This document shows positions 18,921 to 29,477 of a DNA stretch of 64,000 bases, piece by piece. Within the stretch, counting starts at the first letter, position 1; each line of letters begins with the position of its first letter. Source of the stretch: an uncultured Alistipes sp. Its GTDB lineage: Bacteria; Bacteroidota; Bacteroidia; Bacteroidales; Rikenellaceae. The translations under genes and the position numbers were made by a program. The DNA lies in NCBI GenBank assembly GCA_947623305.1, contig CANQGQ010000008.1:13434-77433 (forward strand). Direction: 5' to 3'. The notes beneath the pieces were generated by a model, which saw only the letters and a list, made by a program, of their open reading frames with translations, had not been told where the DNA came from and ran no database searches.

Positions 18921-18965
18921 TTAATGAAAAAGCCGCTCGACAAAATCGAGCGGCTTTTCATTAAG
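18921..18965 (+). terminator. Intrinsic terminator after yebC
   Basis: TTAATGAAAAAGCCGCTCGA-caaaa-TCGAGCGGCTTTTCATTAA. Confidence 0.75.
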
Positions 18966-19064
18966 GATAGGGCCGACCGATCATCTGTTTTCGATTTTGC
19001 AGACCGGTGCTGAAAAAGTATTGCGGGCGGGGAAATTTGGCATATTTGCAACAAAACCGTCGCC

Positions 19065-19940
19065 ATGAATAAAGTCATCACGGAGATCACTCCGCTTTCG
19101 TCTCAAGACTGTTTCTATCTGATCGACCGTTACAAAAACAAATTCGATTACCCGCTGCATCGACATGCCGAATACGAACTGAATTTCGTGGAGAACTGCA
19201 AGGATGCACGGCGCATCGTCGGGGACTCGGTGGAAATGCTCGGCGATTATGACTTGGCTTTGATCGGGGGCGGTCTCGAACATACGTGGGAAGCCTATCG
19301 GTGCACCCATTCCCGCATCAGGGAAATTACCATTCAGTTTTCTCCCGACCTGATCGACGATACATTCTTCGGCAAAAACCAGATGCGAACGCTCAAAGAA
19401 CTGTTCGAACGGGCTAAATCCGGCGTGGCATTCGAGATGCCGGCTATCATGCGGCTGTACGGCAAACTCGATTACGTAACCCATGCGCAACCGGGTTTCT
19501 ATCAGGTCATCCGAATCCTCGAAATCCTGTATGAATTGTCCGTCGATGAGCACTATCACGAACTCGCCAGCGCTTCGTTTTCCAACAAGGGGGCGGCGAG
19601 CGATTCGCGTCGCGTGTATAAGGTAGAGGAGTTCATCTCCCAAAATTACCGGCAGCCGATCCGGCTTCGGGAACTCGCCGATATGGCGGGCATGACACCG
19701 ACGGCATTCAGCCGATTCTTCAAATTGAGAACGGGCCGGACCGTTTCCGATTACATCATCGATACGCGGCTCGGATTCGCCGCTCGCAAACTCGTCGACA
19801 GCACCATGTCGATCGTGGAGATCTGTTACGATTGCGGCTTCAACAACATCTCGAATTTCAACCGCAGCTTCAAAAATAAAAAAGGTTGTACGCCGAAGGT
19901 CTTCCGGGAAAACTATCGCAAAAACAAAGTGATCGTGTGA
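19065..19940 (+). CDS. AraC-family transcriptional regulator (cupin + HTH)
   Basis: YPLHRHAEYELN, RIVGDS; C-terminal LADMAGMT...FSRFFK...CGFNNISNFNRSFK. Confidence 0.93.
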   Translation: MNKVITEITPLSSQDCFYLIDRYKNKFDYPLHRHAEYELNFVENCKDARRIVGDSVEMLGDYDLALIGGGLEHTWEAYRCTHSRIREITIQFSPDLIDDTFFGKNQMRTLKELFERAKSGVAFEMPAIMRLYGKLDYVTHAQPGFYQVIRILEILYELSVDEHYHELASASFSNKGAASDSRRVYKVEEFISQNYRQPIRLRELADMAGMTPTAFSRFFKLRTGRTVSDYIIDTRLGFAARKLVDSTMSIVEICYDCGFNNISNFNRSFKNKKGCTPKVFRENYRKNKVIV

Positions 19941-20328
19941 GGCGACGTTCGCCGATTCATGCGATTCGGCGGGCAATGATACTATTTTATCCGATCGTTA
20001 TATTCTCGAATCTTTTAACGGACTATCGGTCCGTCGGATTCGAGACTGTCCGTGCGTTTTAGCGCAATGCGAGCCGATTGACTGTGCGCCGCTTCAGGAC
20101 GGATCTTGCGGTTGTCCGTAATGGTCGATGAGCTGCCGAAGGCGGCTTCTTGTAATAGTTCGACCCCGATATTCGATGGACTTCGATGCCGGTGGGTGCG
20201 TGTCGAATCGGTTCTTTCGGCTGCGGAAGTTCGATTCGTCGCGGCAATTCGTTTCCAACTATACGTTTCCAGCTCCGAATGAATAAGGATAATGGCGGTC
20301 GGGCGGAGAAAATCGGCTCGAAGTCATA

Positions 20329-20387
20329 ATAGTATTATATTCCGGTAATATAGTATTCAATTACCGATTTATTTCGCGCTACTTTTG
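20329..20387 (+). promoter_or_regulatory. susC promoter with two ATAGTATT direct repeats (putative AraC operator)
   Basis: ATAGTATT at 20329 and 20350 (21-bp period); TACTTTTG at 20380-20387. Confidence 0.55.
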
Positions 20388-20450
20388 TCCATGGAACGGT
20401 TCTTATGCTGTTTGTGTGAAAAAAGATACTAACCTTAAATCTTAGCGAAT

Positions 20451-23400
20451 ATGAAAAAACTCTTTATCGCAATGATGATAGGCTTGTGCGCGCATGCCGC
20501 CGCTCAAAACAGGCCTGTCAACGGTTTGGTAGTCGATGCCTCTACCGGAGAACCGCTGGCCGGAGCCTCCGTCTATGCAGTTGACGGCCGAACCGGAACG
20601 ATCACCGGTTCCGACGGCCGTTTTGCACTTTCCGTACCCGACTTGTGCAAAAATTTGGAGATCGACTTCCTCGGTTATGAAAAACGAACCGTCGCGCTTA
20701 CTTCGTCGAAGACCTATTACGAGGTGGCGATGGAGAGTATCCAGGCCGAAATCGATCAGGTAATCGTGATCGGTTACGGTACGGCGAGAAAAAGCGATCT
20801 GACCGGTTCTGTCAGTTCGATCGGTTCGAAAGACCTCGTAAAATCGAATCCGGTCAGCCTCGAAAAGGGGCTTCAAGGACGGATGTCCGGTGTGAACGTC
20901 GTGCAGAATGACGGTGCGCCCGGTTCCGGAATCAGTGTGCAGATTCGAGGCACCAACTCGTTCCTCGGAGGGACGGAGCCGCTTTATGTCGTGGACGGAG
21001 TGCCCATTACGACCTCCAACGATCAGGAGTCGATCAATTTCGAAGAGAATACCTATTCCTATCGCAACGCTTTGAGCTTTCTCGATCCGAACGACATCGA
21101 ATCCATCGAGGTGTTGAAAGACGCTTCTTCGACGGCGATCTACGGATCGCGCGGGGCGAACGGCGTCATTCTCGTTACGACCAAAAGCGGGGCGGGTCTG
21201 GCGTCCAGCAGCGTGGTGAACTTCAACTATAATTTCACATTGAGCAGTCCGGTGCGCAAAATCCGCATGCTGACCGGACAGGAATACGCCGCCTATCGCA
21301 ACGAATCGTATGCCAATACGCAACTGGCCAACGGCGCGAGTTATACCCAGAGCGATCTGCCGTTTCCGGGCATGGAAATCGAACAGTCGGGCTATGTGAA
21401 AGGGCCCGAGGATTTCGGAACGGATCCTTACTATTGGCAAGAACAGATATTCCGGACGGCGCAGTCCCACAACATCAATCTGACCGTTTCGGGCCAGGGA
21501 CGCGGAATGGACTATTCGTTGAGCGGCTCCTATCTTTCGCAGGAGGGAACGATCATCAACTCCGATTACAACCGTTACGGGTTCAAGATCAACTTCAACA
21601 AACAGGTCAATTCCTGGCTCAAGATGGGCACCTCGACGAATATCTCCTATGCCAAGTCCAATATGCTCAAAACGACGATCGACAGTCAGGCGAACGGTAC
21701 CGAAGGTGTCGTCCGTTCGGCTTTGATGTACCCTCCTGTCTATACGGTGGACGACGAAATTTCGAAGGACAACGAGTTTTCTACAGTTACCACGCCGACG
21801 CTTTACACGCAGGCGCTCAATGAGCATAAGAACATCAATGTCTATACGTCGAACTATGCCAACCTCTCGTTGACGAAACATCTGATGTTCCGCACGGTCT
21901 TGGGATGGAACTATTCGGCGAACGATGCCAATCAGTATTGGCCGGTCTATCTTTACGAAGGACGCAACGTCAACGGCAAGTCGTATGCCGGCGACACTTC
22001 GTGGAATTCGCTCGTATGGGACAACCTGCTGATGTATAACCGGAGTTTCGGAAAGCACAATATCGCGGCGACCCTCGGTTCCTCCTGGGAGGAATCCCAT
22101 TGGTACAACAAGCGCATTTCGGTGCAGACGTTCGGTACCGACATCACCAACGGCTGGCTGTTGCAGGATGCGGCGACCGTCAATACGCCCTACTCGTCGA
22201 AAGGCGATTCCCGACTCTTCTCGATCATCATGCGTGCATCGTACAATTATGCGAACAAGTATTACTTGACTTTTACGGGGCGTGAAGATTATTCAAGCAA
22301 ATTCGCGAAAGGGAATCGTTCTTCGTTCTTCCCGTCGATCGGCCTCTCGTACCGGATTTCCGAAGAGGCGTTCATGAGTTCGGCCCGTAAGGTGATCGAC
22401 CATCTCAAAATACGTTACAGCTACGGAACCTCCGGCAACCAGGCGATCAACTCTTATCAGACTTTCGCCTTGATGCGATCGGCGAATTACCCGTTCGGCA
22501 ATTCCGTGCAGAACGGATTCGCACCCGATCCTGCCAACCCGGGCAATGCGAATCTGAAATGGGAAACTACGCGTCAGCATGACGTCGGACTGGAATTGCG
22601 ATTGCTGAACCGGATCGACCTCACGGTGGACTACTACCACAAACGCACCGAGGACCTGTTGCAATACAAGGAGGTCGCTTACAGTACGGGGTTGCAGCGG
22701 ATTCTCTCCAATGCGGGATGCGTCGTCAACCGAGGCTGGGAAATCGGCCTGAATGCAACAGTGATGGACAAGCCGCATTTCACGTGGAATGTCGGAGGAA
22801 ACATTTCGTTCAACCGCAACCATCTCACCGATTTCAACGATGCTCCCATGTTCCCCAACTCGTTGTGGAATACACTGCGGCCGTTTGCTTTGCAGAACGG
22901 GCATGCGATCGGCTCACTGTACGGCTTCGTGGAGGACGGAATCTGGAGTTCGCGCGAGGAGGTCATCCGAAGCGACCAGTTCCAGGCGCAATACCCCGGC
23001 TATACGGTCAACGACAACAACCAGGCTACCGAACTCATCATCATGCGGAAATGGCTGGGGGAAATCCGTTACAAGAATCTGGACGACGACCCCAACATAA
23101 CGGATGACGACCGAACGTACATCGGCAATACGAATCCCGACTTTTTCTATGGTCTGCACATGGACTTCAAGCTCTACAATTTCGACCTGAGTTTCCTGTT
23201 CCAGGGCGTGCACGGCAACGATATTCTGAATATGAACAGTTTGCGCTTCTACGACATCGGCAATTCCAAGAACCTTCCGCTGGAGGTCTACCGTGAATCC
23301 TGGACACCCGAGAGCGGAGGAACCGCGCCCAAGAATTTCTACGACAACGGCCGGACGATCCGTTTCTCGCGGCGGTATATCGAAGACGGTTCCTATTTGA

Positions 23401-23624
23401 AATTGCGCAATATCCAGCTCGGCTATACGATCGACAAACCTTTCAAGGGCGTATCGGCTCTTCGGATTTATGTCGCCATGAATAATGTGTTTACGATTAC
23501 GGACTATTCCGGTTATGATCCGGAGGTGAATTCGTTCGGATCGGATCCTGCGCTGCGGGGTGTCGATTCGGGCGGCTATCCTCAAGCTCGGAGTACGGTG
23601 TTCGGAGTCAGTTTAACCTTTTAA
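20451..23624 (+). CDS. susC: SusC/RagA TonB-dependent transporter
   Basis: Signal peptide, VIVIGYG, DLTGSV, DIESIEVLKDASSTAIYGSRGANGVILVTTK, LKWETT, C-terminal Phe. Confidence 0.97.
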   Translation: MKKLFIAMMIGLCAHAAAQNRPVNGLVVDASTGEPLAGASVYAVDGRTGTITGSDGRFALSVPDLCKNLEIDFLGYEKRTVALTSSKTYYEVAMESIQAEIDQVIVIGYGTARKSDLTGSVSSIGSKDLVKSNPVSLEKGLQGRMSGVNVVQNDGAPGSGISVQIRGTNSFLGGTEPLYVVDGVPITTSNDQESINFEENTYSYRNALSFLDPNDIESIEVLKDASSTAIYGSRGANGVILVTTKSGAGLASSSVVNFNYNFTLSSPVRKIRMLTGQEYAAYRNESYANTQLANGASYTQSDLPFPGMEIEQSGYVKGPEDFGTDPYYWQEQIFRTAQSHNINLTVSGQGRGMDYSLSGSYLSQEGTIINSDYNRYGFKINFNKQVNSWLKMGTSTNISYAKSNMLKTTIDSQANGTEGVVRSALMYPPVYTVDDEISKDNEFSTVTTPTLYTQALNEHKNINVYTSNYANLSLTKHLMFRTVLGWNYSANDANQYWPVYLYEGRNVNGKSYAGDTSWNSLVWDNLLMYNRSFGKHNIAATLGSSWEESHWYNKRISVQTFGTDITNGWLLQDAATVNTPYSSKGDSRLFSIIMRASYNYANKYYLTFTGREDYSSKFAKGNRSSFFPSIGLSYRISEEAFMSSARKVIDHLKIRYSYGTSGNQAINSYQTFALMRSANYPFGNSVQNGFAPDPANPGNANLKWETTRQHDVGLELRLLNRIDLTVDYYHKRTEDLLQYKEVAYSTGLQRILSNAGCVVNRGWEIGLNATVMDKPHFTWNVGGNISFNRNHLTDFNDAPMFPNSLWNTLRPFALQNGHAIGSLYGFVEDGIWSSREEVIRSDQFQAQYPGYTVNDNNQATELIIMRKWLGEIRYKNLDDDPNITDDDRTYIGNTNPDFFYGLHMDFKLYNFDLSFLFQGVHGNDILNMNSLRFYDIGNSKNLPLEVYRESWTPESGGTAPKNFYDNGRTIRFSRRYIEDGSYLKLRNIQLGYTIDKPFKGVSALRIYVAMNNVFTITDYSGYDPEVNSFGSDPALRGVDSGGYPQARSTVFGVSLTF

Positions 23625-23637
23625 TCAATAGCTTATT

Positions 23638-25302
23638 ATGAAAAAGATAATTTTCGGTTTGATTTCGATCGCATCGCTGACGGCTTGTTCGCTCGACGAA
23701 ACGCCCTATACCGTTTCGAGCGAGGAGCTGGCCAACAGCCAGAACGGTGCGGAACAGTTGGTTACGGGTATCTACAACTGCTTCTGGGATACCTACATGA
23801 TGAAAAAGACCTACATGGAATGGTTGGATATGGATCACGACCATGCCGGTGCGGAGTCGTGGGTCATGTCCGGCGCCGGCGAGGGGAACGTAACCACCCA
23901 CTGGGGCTACAACAACAGTTCCGATTTGTGGAATGTCTTTTACCAGATGATCAGTCGGGCCAACAAGGCGATGGAATCCATTGCCGAAAACGGCGATCTG
24001 GAGCAGAATCGTACGATCCGTCAACTTTATGGCGAAGCCTTGTTCCTGCGGGCATGGGCCTATTTCCATTTGGTGCGGATGTACGGAGCCGTGCCTTTAC
24101 GGCTGGCCTATATTCAGGAGAACGATCTGGAACGCTCGCCGGTCAAAACGGTCTTCGAGCAGATTGTCGAGGATTTGAAACAGGCGTGCGATTACATGAG
24201 CTATCGTTCGGAGGGTTCCGTTGGCGAGTGGGGGCATGCCGATAAGACCGCCGCCCAGTTGTTGCTGGCCAAAGTGCTGTGTACGATGGGCAGCGGGTCG
24301 CGCGGAGCGAACGGAATCGAGATGATCGTGCCGATCAAAGGGACGGATATACGTTATTCGAGCGATCGGGAGGCGCTGGTCGGTTACCGCGAAATCGACG
24401 CCGAGGCGTGTTATCGGCAGGCCAAAGAGTTATGCGACGAAATTCTGAAACGCAAGGGTGTGGACTACGATCTGATGCCTGCGTTCACCGACGTGTGGGG
24501 AACGGTCAACGCCCGTAACAAGGAGTTCATCTGGGGCGTGGCATCGAGTAGCAATCAGGATTATCAGACCGAACATTTGGCCATTTATTATTCCATGCCT
24601 CCGTTCGGTGGACAGCGCCGGTGTTTTATGGCCGAAGGGCTTTACGATCAGTACGAACAGCAGGATCATCGGCTCATATATGGCGTGTTCCACTATTTCG
24701 CGACCGGTTACGACAACATGTTCAGTTACGGATGGGTTCCTTATCCCAACGAGACGGAGTACAGTTACGAAGCGATGCCCGAGAACCTGAAAAGCCATTG
24801 TTCCAAATGGTACGGCAATTTCGCGAAATCGACTCCGACCATTGCCAAGTGGTACATCGGCGATTTGCAGAAGTTGGAACCCCGTATGGCCGTCGACGGA
24901 AACAGCGTGCAAGAGGATATTCCGTTGCTGCGGTTCGCCGAGGTGTATTTATTGAAGGCCGAGGCCGAAATCGAATTGGGGAATCTCGCTGCCGGTATCG
25001 CTGCCGTGAATGAAATCCGCCGTCGATCCAGAGCGTCCGAGCTGCCGCAGACGAGCGATGTCGTCGAGGCACGCAGTTGGGTGTTCAAGGAGCGTTCGTT
25101 GGAACTGGTCGCCGAGTTCAACCGTAAATTCGACCTGTTGCGCTGGGGGTTGTACCTCGACGTCATGAACGGTACGGTGTCGGTGATGGCTTACGGTTAC
25201 ACCAATTCCAAGGTGCGCGAACGCCGCAATCTGCTTTACGCCGTCCCGACGGCTGAGGTTACCGAAAACAAGTTGTTCGGTCCGAACAATCCTGGGTGGT
25301 AA
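23638..25302 (+). CDS. susD: SusD/RagB glycan-binding lipoprotein
   Basis: Lipobox LTAC, GEALFLRAWAYFHLVRMYG, LLRFAEVYLLKAEA, ERSLEL...RKFDLLRWG. Confidence 0.95.
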   Translation: MKKIIFGLISIASLTACSLDETPYTVSSEELANSQNGAEQLVTGIYNCFWDTYMMKKTYMEWLDMDHDHAGAESWVMSGAGEGNVTTHWGYNNSSDLWNVFYQMISRANKAMESIAENGDLEQNRTIRQLYGEALFLRAWAYFHLVRMYGAVPLRLAYIQENDLERSPVKTVFEQIVEDLKQACDYMSYRSEGSVGEWGHADKTAAQLLLAKVLCTMGSGSRGANGIEMIVPIKGTDIRYSSDREALVGYREIDAEACYRQAKELCDEILKRKGVDYDLMPAFTDVWGTVNARNKEFIWGVASSSNQDYQTEHLAIYYSMPPFGGQRRCFMAEGLYDQYEQQDHRLIYGVFHYFATGYDNMFSYGWVPYPNETEYSYEAMPENLKSHCSKWYGNFAKSTPTIAKWYIGDLQKLEPRMAVDGNSVQEDIPLLRFAEVYLLKAEAEIELGNLAAGIAAVNEIRRRSRASELPQTSDVVEARSWVFKERSLELVAEFNRKFDLLRWGLYLDVMNGTVSVMAYGYTNSKVRERRNLLYAVPTAEVTENKLFGPNNPGW

Positions 25303-25329
25303 GTCCGTACCGAACGATTTTCAAACGAG

Positions 25330-27075
25330 ATGCCTATGAAAAACGGATTATCGATTTTTGTGCTCTGGTTCGCAGTCATCGTTTCGCTGGTTGCGTCCGG
25401 AAGTCCCTCGCATGCTCAATTCATCCATGACCTGACCGGCGATCGGCGACCGTGGACCAAACCGGTCGAAGTCGGTGGCGGCGATTATCGGTTCGTTGTG
25501 TTGGCCGACAAGACCGGCGGCCCCGAGACGGGGGCATTCCAGCAAGCGATCGAGGAGGTCAACCGGTTGGCGCCCGATTTTGTCGTTGCGATCGGCGATC
25601 TGGTCGACGGGTATGTCGCTGCGCCCGAAGCGATCCGGGGTCAATGGCGACGGTTGTTGGCCATGACGGAACGATTGGAGGCTCCGCTTTTTTTCGTGGG
25701 CGGGAATCACGATTTGTCGAACGAGGCGATGCGTCGGGAATGGATCGCCCGATTCGGCGCGACTTACTATCATTTCCAGGTCGGACGCGATCTGTTTTTG
25801 GTGCTCGATACCGAAGAACAAGGCGGAATTTCCGACCGGCAAATCGATTATTTCACGCAAGTGCTGCGCCATTGGAAGGGCCGTTGGATCTATCTGTTCA
25901 TGCACCGGCCGTTGTGGTATCCGCACGACCACGGCGGATTCGAACCGATTGATTCGCTTTTGCGGGGGATTGACTACACCGTTTTCAGCGGACACGAACA
26001 TCGTTATTACAAGGAGCTGCGCAATGGCCATGCGTATTACATCCTGGCGACGACCGGCGGGGATTCCGCTCTGCGAGGAACTCGATTGGGCGAATTCGAT
26101 CATTATTTCCACATTACGGCCCGCGATCCCGCGCCGGTCATCGCCAATCTGTCGTTGGGCGGCATGCTGCCGGACGATGTCGTAAACAGCGAGACCAAAC
26201 CGATGGTCGATGCGATGACCGGAACGAGTTATATCGAGACCGTGCCGGTCGTGTTGTCCGGTGAATACCCCGAATCGTTCGATTTTGAGATCAAGGCGGT
26301 CAACCGATGTACCCGGGAGATGGCTTTTACGGCGACATTGCCCGATCTCGAAGGGCTGACGTTCGCCCCATCGCATATCGAAGTACGTATCGCCCCCGAT
26401 TCGGAACGGATTTATTCTATTCATGCTGTCAATGCCTCGAAACTGTCGGCGGAGCGATTCGCTCAGTTTCCCGTACGGAGTTCGTGCGGTTATCGGTTGG
26501 CGGGAGAGCCGGTCGTTGTCTCGACGGAAAAAACGATGCTGCTCGATTGGAATCGCACCGTGCGAACGGGTGAGGCCTGCTGCATCGTTTGCGACAATCC
26601 GGCCTATGTCGGGGAGCGTTGGGACTGGCATGGGCCCGATGATGGGCGATTCGCCTTTCGCGTCGAACGGATCGGGGAGGAACTGGTCATAACGGTCTCT
26701 ACGACCGATGATCGGTTGATTCGGTCTGCCGATGCGACCGCTCCGCAAGATCGGATATCCGTTTTTCTTGCAACTGATGCCGCCGACGGATTCACCGATA
26801 AGGTTCGGTACGATTTCGTGCCGGGGAAACCGATGCAGGGAGGAACGGAGCAGAAACATGGAAAAGTGCGAGGTTCGTGCCGGGCCGAAGACAACGGCAT
26901 GACGGCGGAACTGACCGTTCCGATGAGCAGTTTGCAGACGGATCGCATCCGGCTGAATGTGGCGTTTACCGACAGCGACGACGACCGGAACACGAAACCG
27001 TCGGTCTTGTGGTGGAAACCTCCATGGGACGCTTCCTCCGATTTTGTCGGGTCGGGCGTATTCGTTTTTCGATAA
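25330..27075 (+). CDS. Secreted calcineurin-like metallophosphoesterase with C-terminal CBM9/DOMON-like domain
   Basis: Signal peptide. Metal-binding motifs LADKTG, IGDLVDG, GNHD, FMH, SGHEH. C-terminal beta-sandwich (TDD...QDRI...AELTVP...LNVAFTDSD...LWW). Confidence 0.75.
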   Translation: MPMKNGLSIFVLWFAVIVSLVASGSPSHAQFIHDLTGDRRPWTKPVEVGGGDYRFVVLADKTGGPETGAFQQAIEEVNRLAPDFVVAIGDLVDGYVAAPEAIRGQWRRLLAMTERLEAPLFFVGGNHDLSNEAMRREWIARFGATYYHFQVGRDLFLVLDTEEQGGISDRQIDYFTQVLRHWKGRWIYLFMHRPLWYPHDHGGFEPIDSLLRGIDYTVFSGHEHRYYKELRNGHAYYILATTGGDSALRGTRLGEFDHYFHITARDPAPVIANLSLGGMLPDDVVNSETKPMVDAMTGTSYIETVPVVLSGEYPESFDFEIKAVNRCTREMAFTATLPDLEGLTFAPSHIEVRIAPDSERIYSIHAVNASKLSAERFAQFPVRSSCGYRLAGEPVVVSTEKTMLLDWNRTVRTGEACCIVCDNPAYVGERWDWHGPDDGRFAFRVERIGEELVITVSTTDDRLIRSADATAPQDRISVFLATDAADGFTDKVRYDFVPGKPMQGGTEQKHGKVRGSCRAEDNGMTAELTVPMSSLQTDRIRLNVAFTDSDDDRNTKPSVLWWKPPWDASSDFVGSGVFVFR

Positions 27076-27090
27076 ACTTGTCTGTGCACG

Positions 27091-28275
27091 ATGAAAAAAA
27101 GGATTTTGCTATTGTTCCGCATGCGGTTCGAAGCCTTCCGCACAAGCCGCGGTCGAATCCAGTTGTTGTTGTCCGTGGCATTGACCGGTCTTCTCGTTTC
27201 CTGTTCGGCGCAAGATACAGAGACGATGACGCCGCGCGAGCGGTTGCTCGCACGGTTGCGCCGGATCGAACGGCTAAACGGTTGTGTTTTCGGGCATCAT
27301 GACGACCCCGTCTACGGCCATGACTGGAACGGATGCGGGATCAGCGACGTGAAAACCGTAACGGGCGATTTCCCAGGTCTGATGAGCTGGGATATCGGGC
27401 TGATAGAATACGGAAGCCTGCGAAATCTCGACGATGTACCGTTCGACCGCATTCGTCGCGAAGCGATCGCGCAACACGATCGCGGGGGTCTCAATACGTT
27501 CAGTTGGCATCTGCGGAATCCGGTTACGGGCGGCGATTCCTGGGATGTCGAAGGTCATGCGGTACGGGCCTGTCTTACGGAGGGAACGGCACTATCCGAC
27601 ACGTTGCGGCGATGGATCGCTTCGGCGGCCGATTTCCTGGGCGGATTGCGGGACGCTTCGGGACGGCGCATCCCCGTGATCTTTCGTCCCTGGCATGAAC
27701 ATACCGGAGACTGGTTCTGGTGGGGTGAAAGTTCGACCTCGCCCGAAGACTACAAAGCCTTGTGGCATCTGACGCGAAGCATTTTCGACGAAAGTGGGGT
27801 CGATAATGTCGTGTGGGCCTATTCGCCCGATGCGATCGCTTCGGCCGACGAATATGTCGAACGCTATCCGGGAGACCGTTATGTAGATATATTGGGGTCC
27901 GATATTTATCATTTCGACGGAGAAGAAGGGGTGGCGGATTTTCTGCGACAGGCTTGTTCGCAACTCGATGCAGTAACGGCCCTTGCTGCACGTAAGCGAA
28001 AACCGGTCGCCTTGACGGAGACCGGCAGCGAAGGAATCCCCATGAAAAACTGGTTTACGGAGGTGTTGTTACCCTTGTGTGAACGTTATCCCCTCGTCTA
28101 TGTCTGCGTTTGGAGGAACGCGCACGATCTTCCGGCGCATTATTACACGCCGTATCCGGATCATCCGGCGGCGCCGGATTTCTGTCGGTTTTACGAATCG
28201 CCGCGCATTTGGTTCGCCCGGGAGGTGCAGACGAAATGTCCCGATCCGGATGAACCGAATCCCGCATACGATTGA
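27091..28275 (+). CDS. GH26 beta-mannanase (lipoprotein)
   Basis: FGHHDDPVYG, SWHLRNP, IFRPWHEHTGDWFWWG (acid/base), ALTETG (nucleophile); lipobox LVSC. Confidence 0.92.
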   Translation: MKKRILLLFRMRFEAFRTSRGRIQLLLSVALTGLLVSCSAQDTETMTPRERLLARLRRIERLNGCVFGHHDDPVYGHDWNGCGISDVKTVTGDFPGLMSWDIGLIEYGSLRNLDDVPFDRIRREAIAQHDRGGLNTFSWHLRNPVTGGDSWDVEGHAVRACLTEGTALSDTLRRWIASAADFLGGLRDASGRRIPVIFRPWHEHTGDWFWWGESSTSPEDYKALWHLTRSIFDESGVDNVVWAYSPDAIASADEYVERYPGDRYVDILGSDIYHFDGEEGVADFLRQACSQLDAVTALAARKRKPVALTETGSEGIPMKNWFTEVLLPLCERYPLVYVCVWRNAHDLPAHYYTPYPDHPAAPDFCRFYESPRIWFAREVQTKCPDPDEPNPAYD

Positions 28276-28294
28276 ATATAGCATTCTGTTTGAC

Positions 28295-29464
28295 ATGAAT
28301 TTCGAAGAGAGAAAACAACTGATCGAACGACGTTATGAACAGCTCATCGAACGTCCCAACGTTGCGATCGAAGGAAATGGCGTGTTCCACCGCTACGAAT
28401 ATCCGGTATTGACGGCCGAAATGGTTCCTCCGTTTTGGCGTTACGACTACGATGCCGCGACCAATCCCTTCTTCATGGAACGCATCGGCATGAATGCCAC
28501 GTTCAATGCGGGAGCTTTGAAATGGAAGGGTCGTTATCTGTTGATGGTTCGGGTGGAGGGGAGCGACCGCAAGTCGTTTTTCGCTTTGGCGGAAAGTCCG
28601 ACGGGGATCGACCGGTTCCGGTTTCGGGATCGGCCGGTCGTCATCCCCGAAACCGAATTCCCCTGTACGAATATGTATGACATGCGGCTTACGCGCCACG
28701 AAGACGGTTGGATTTATGGGTTGTTTTGCGTGGAGCGCCATGACGACACCCGTCCGCACGATCTTTCGGCGGCTACGGCGACCTGCGGCATTGTCCGCAC
28801 GAAGAATCTGATCGACTGGGAGCGGTTGCCCGACTTGAAAAGCCGCTTTCAGCAGCGCAACGTGGTGTTGCATCCCGAATTCGTCGGCGGACGATATGCC
28901 CTGTACACCCGGCCGCAGGACGGTTTTTTCAATGCTGGCAGCGGCGGAGGCATCGGGTGGAGTTACGTCGACGATATGACGCAGGCCGAAATAGACGATG
29001 AAGTGATCGTCGATTCCCGATGTTACCATACGGTGAAGGAGTTGAAAAACGGAGAGGGCCCGGCTCCCATCAAGACGAAGCACGGGTGGCTACACCTTGC
29101 GCACGGGGTACGCCGTTGCGCCTCGGGGTTGAGGTATGTGCTCTATCTGTATATGACGGCCCTGGACGAGCCGTGGCGAACCGTCGCTGCACCGGGCGGT
29201 TATTTCATGGCTCCCGAAAACGGGGAATATATCGGCGATGTCATGAACGTCCTCTTCTCGAACGGTTGGATCGTCGATGACGACGGCACGGTATTCATCT
29301 ATTACGCTTCGAGCGACAAACGGTTGCATGTGGCGACTTCGACGGTCGATCGGTTGGTCGATTATTGCTTCCATACGCCTATCGACGGGCTCTCTACGAG
29401 CGAGTCGGTCAAAACGATCGGTGCCCTCATTGATCGCAATTTCGCCTTGATGAACGGAAAATAA
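28295..29464 (+). CDS. mgp: GH130 4-O-beta-D-mannosyl-D-glucose phosphorylase
   Basis: ERIGMNATFNAG, VRVEGSDRKSFFA, NMYDMRL, QQRNVVLHPEF, KNGEGP, GDVMNVLF, close to B. fragilis MGP. ATG 28295. Confidence 0.9.
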   Translation: MNFEERKQLIERRYEQLIERPNVAIEGNGVFHRYEYPVLTAEMVPPFWRYDYDAATNPFFMERIGMNATFNAGALKWKGRYLLMVRVEGSDRKSFFALAESPTGIDRFRFRDRPVVIPETEFPCTNMYDMRLTRHEDGWIYGLFCVERHDDTRPHDLSAATATCGIVRTKNLIDWERLPDLKSRFQQRNVVLHPEFVGGRYALYTRPQDGFFNAGSGGGIGWSYVDDMTQAEIDDEVIVDSRCYHTVKELKNGEGPAPIKTKHGWLHLAHGVRRCASGLRYVLYLYMTALDEPWRTVAAPGGYFMAPENGEYIGDVMNVLFSNGWIVDDDGTVFIYYASSDKRLHVATSTVDRLVDYCFHTPIDGLSTSESVKTIGALIDRNFALMNGK

Positions 29465-29477
29465 GAGGGGTTTCGGT

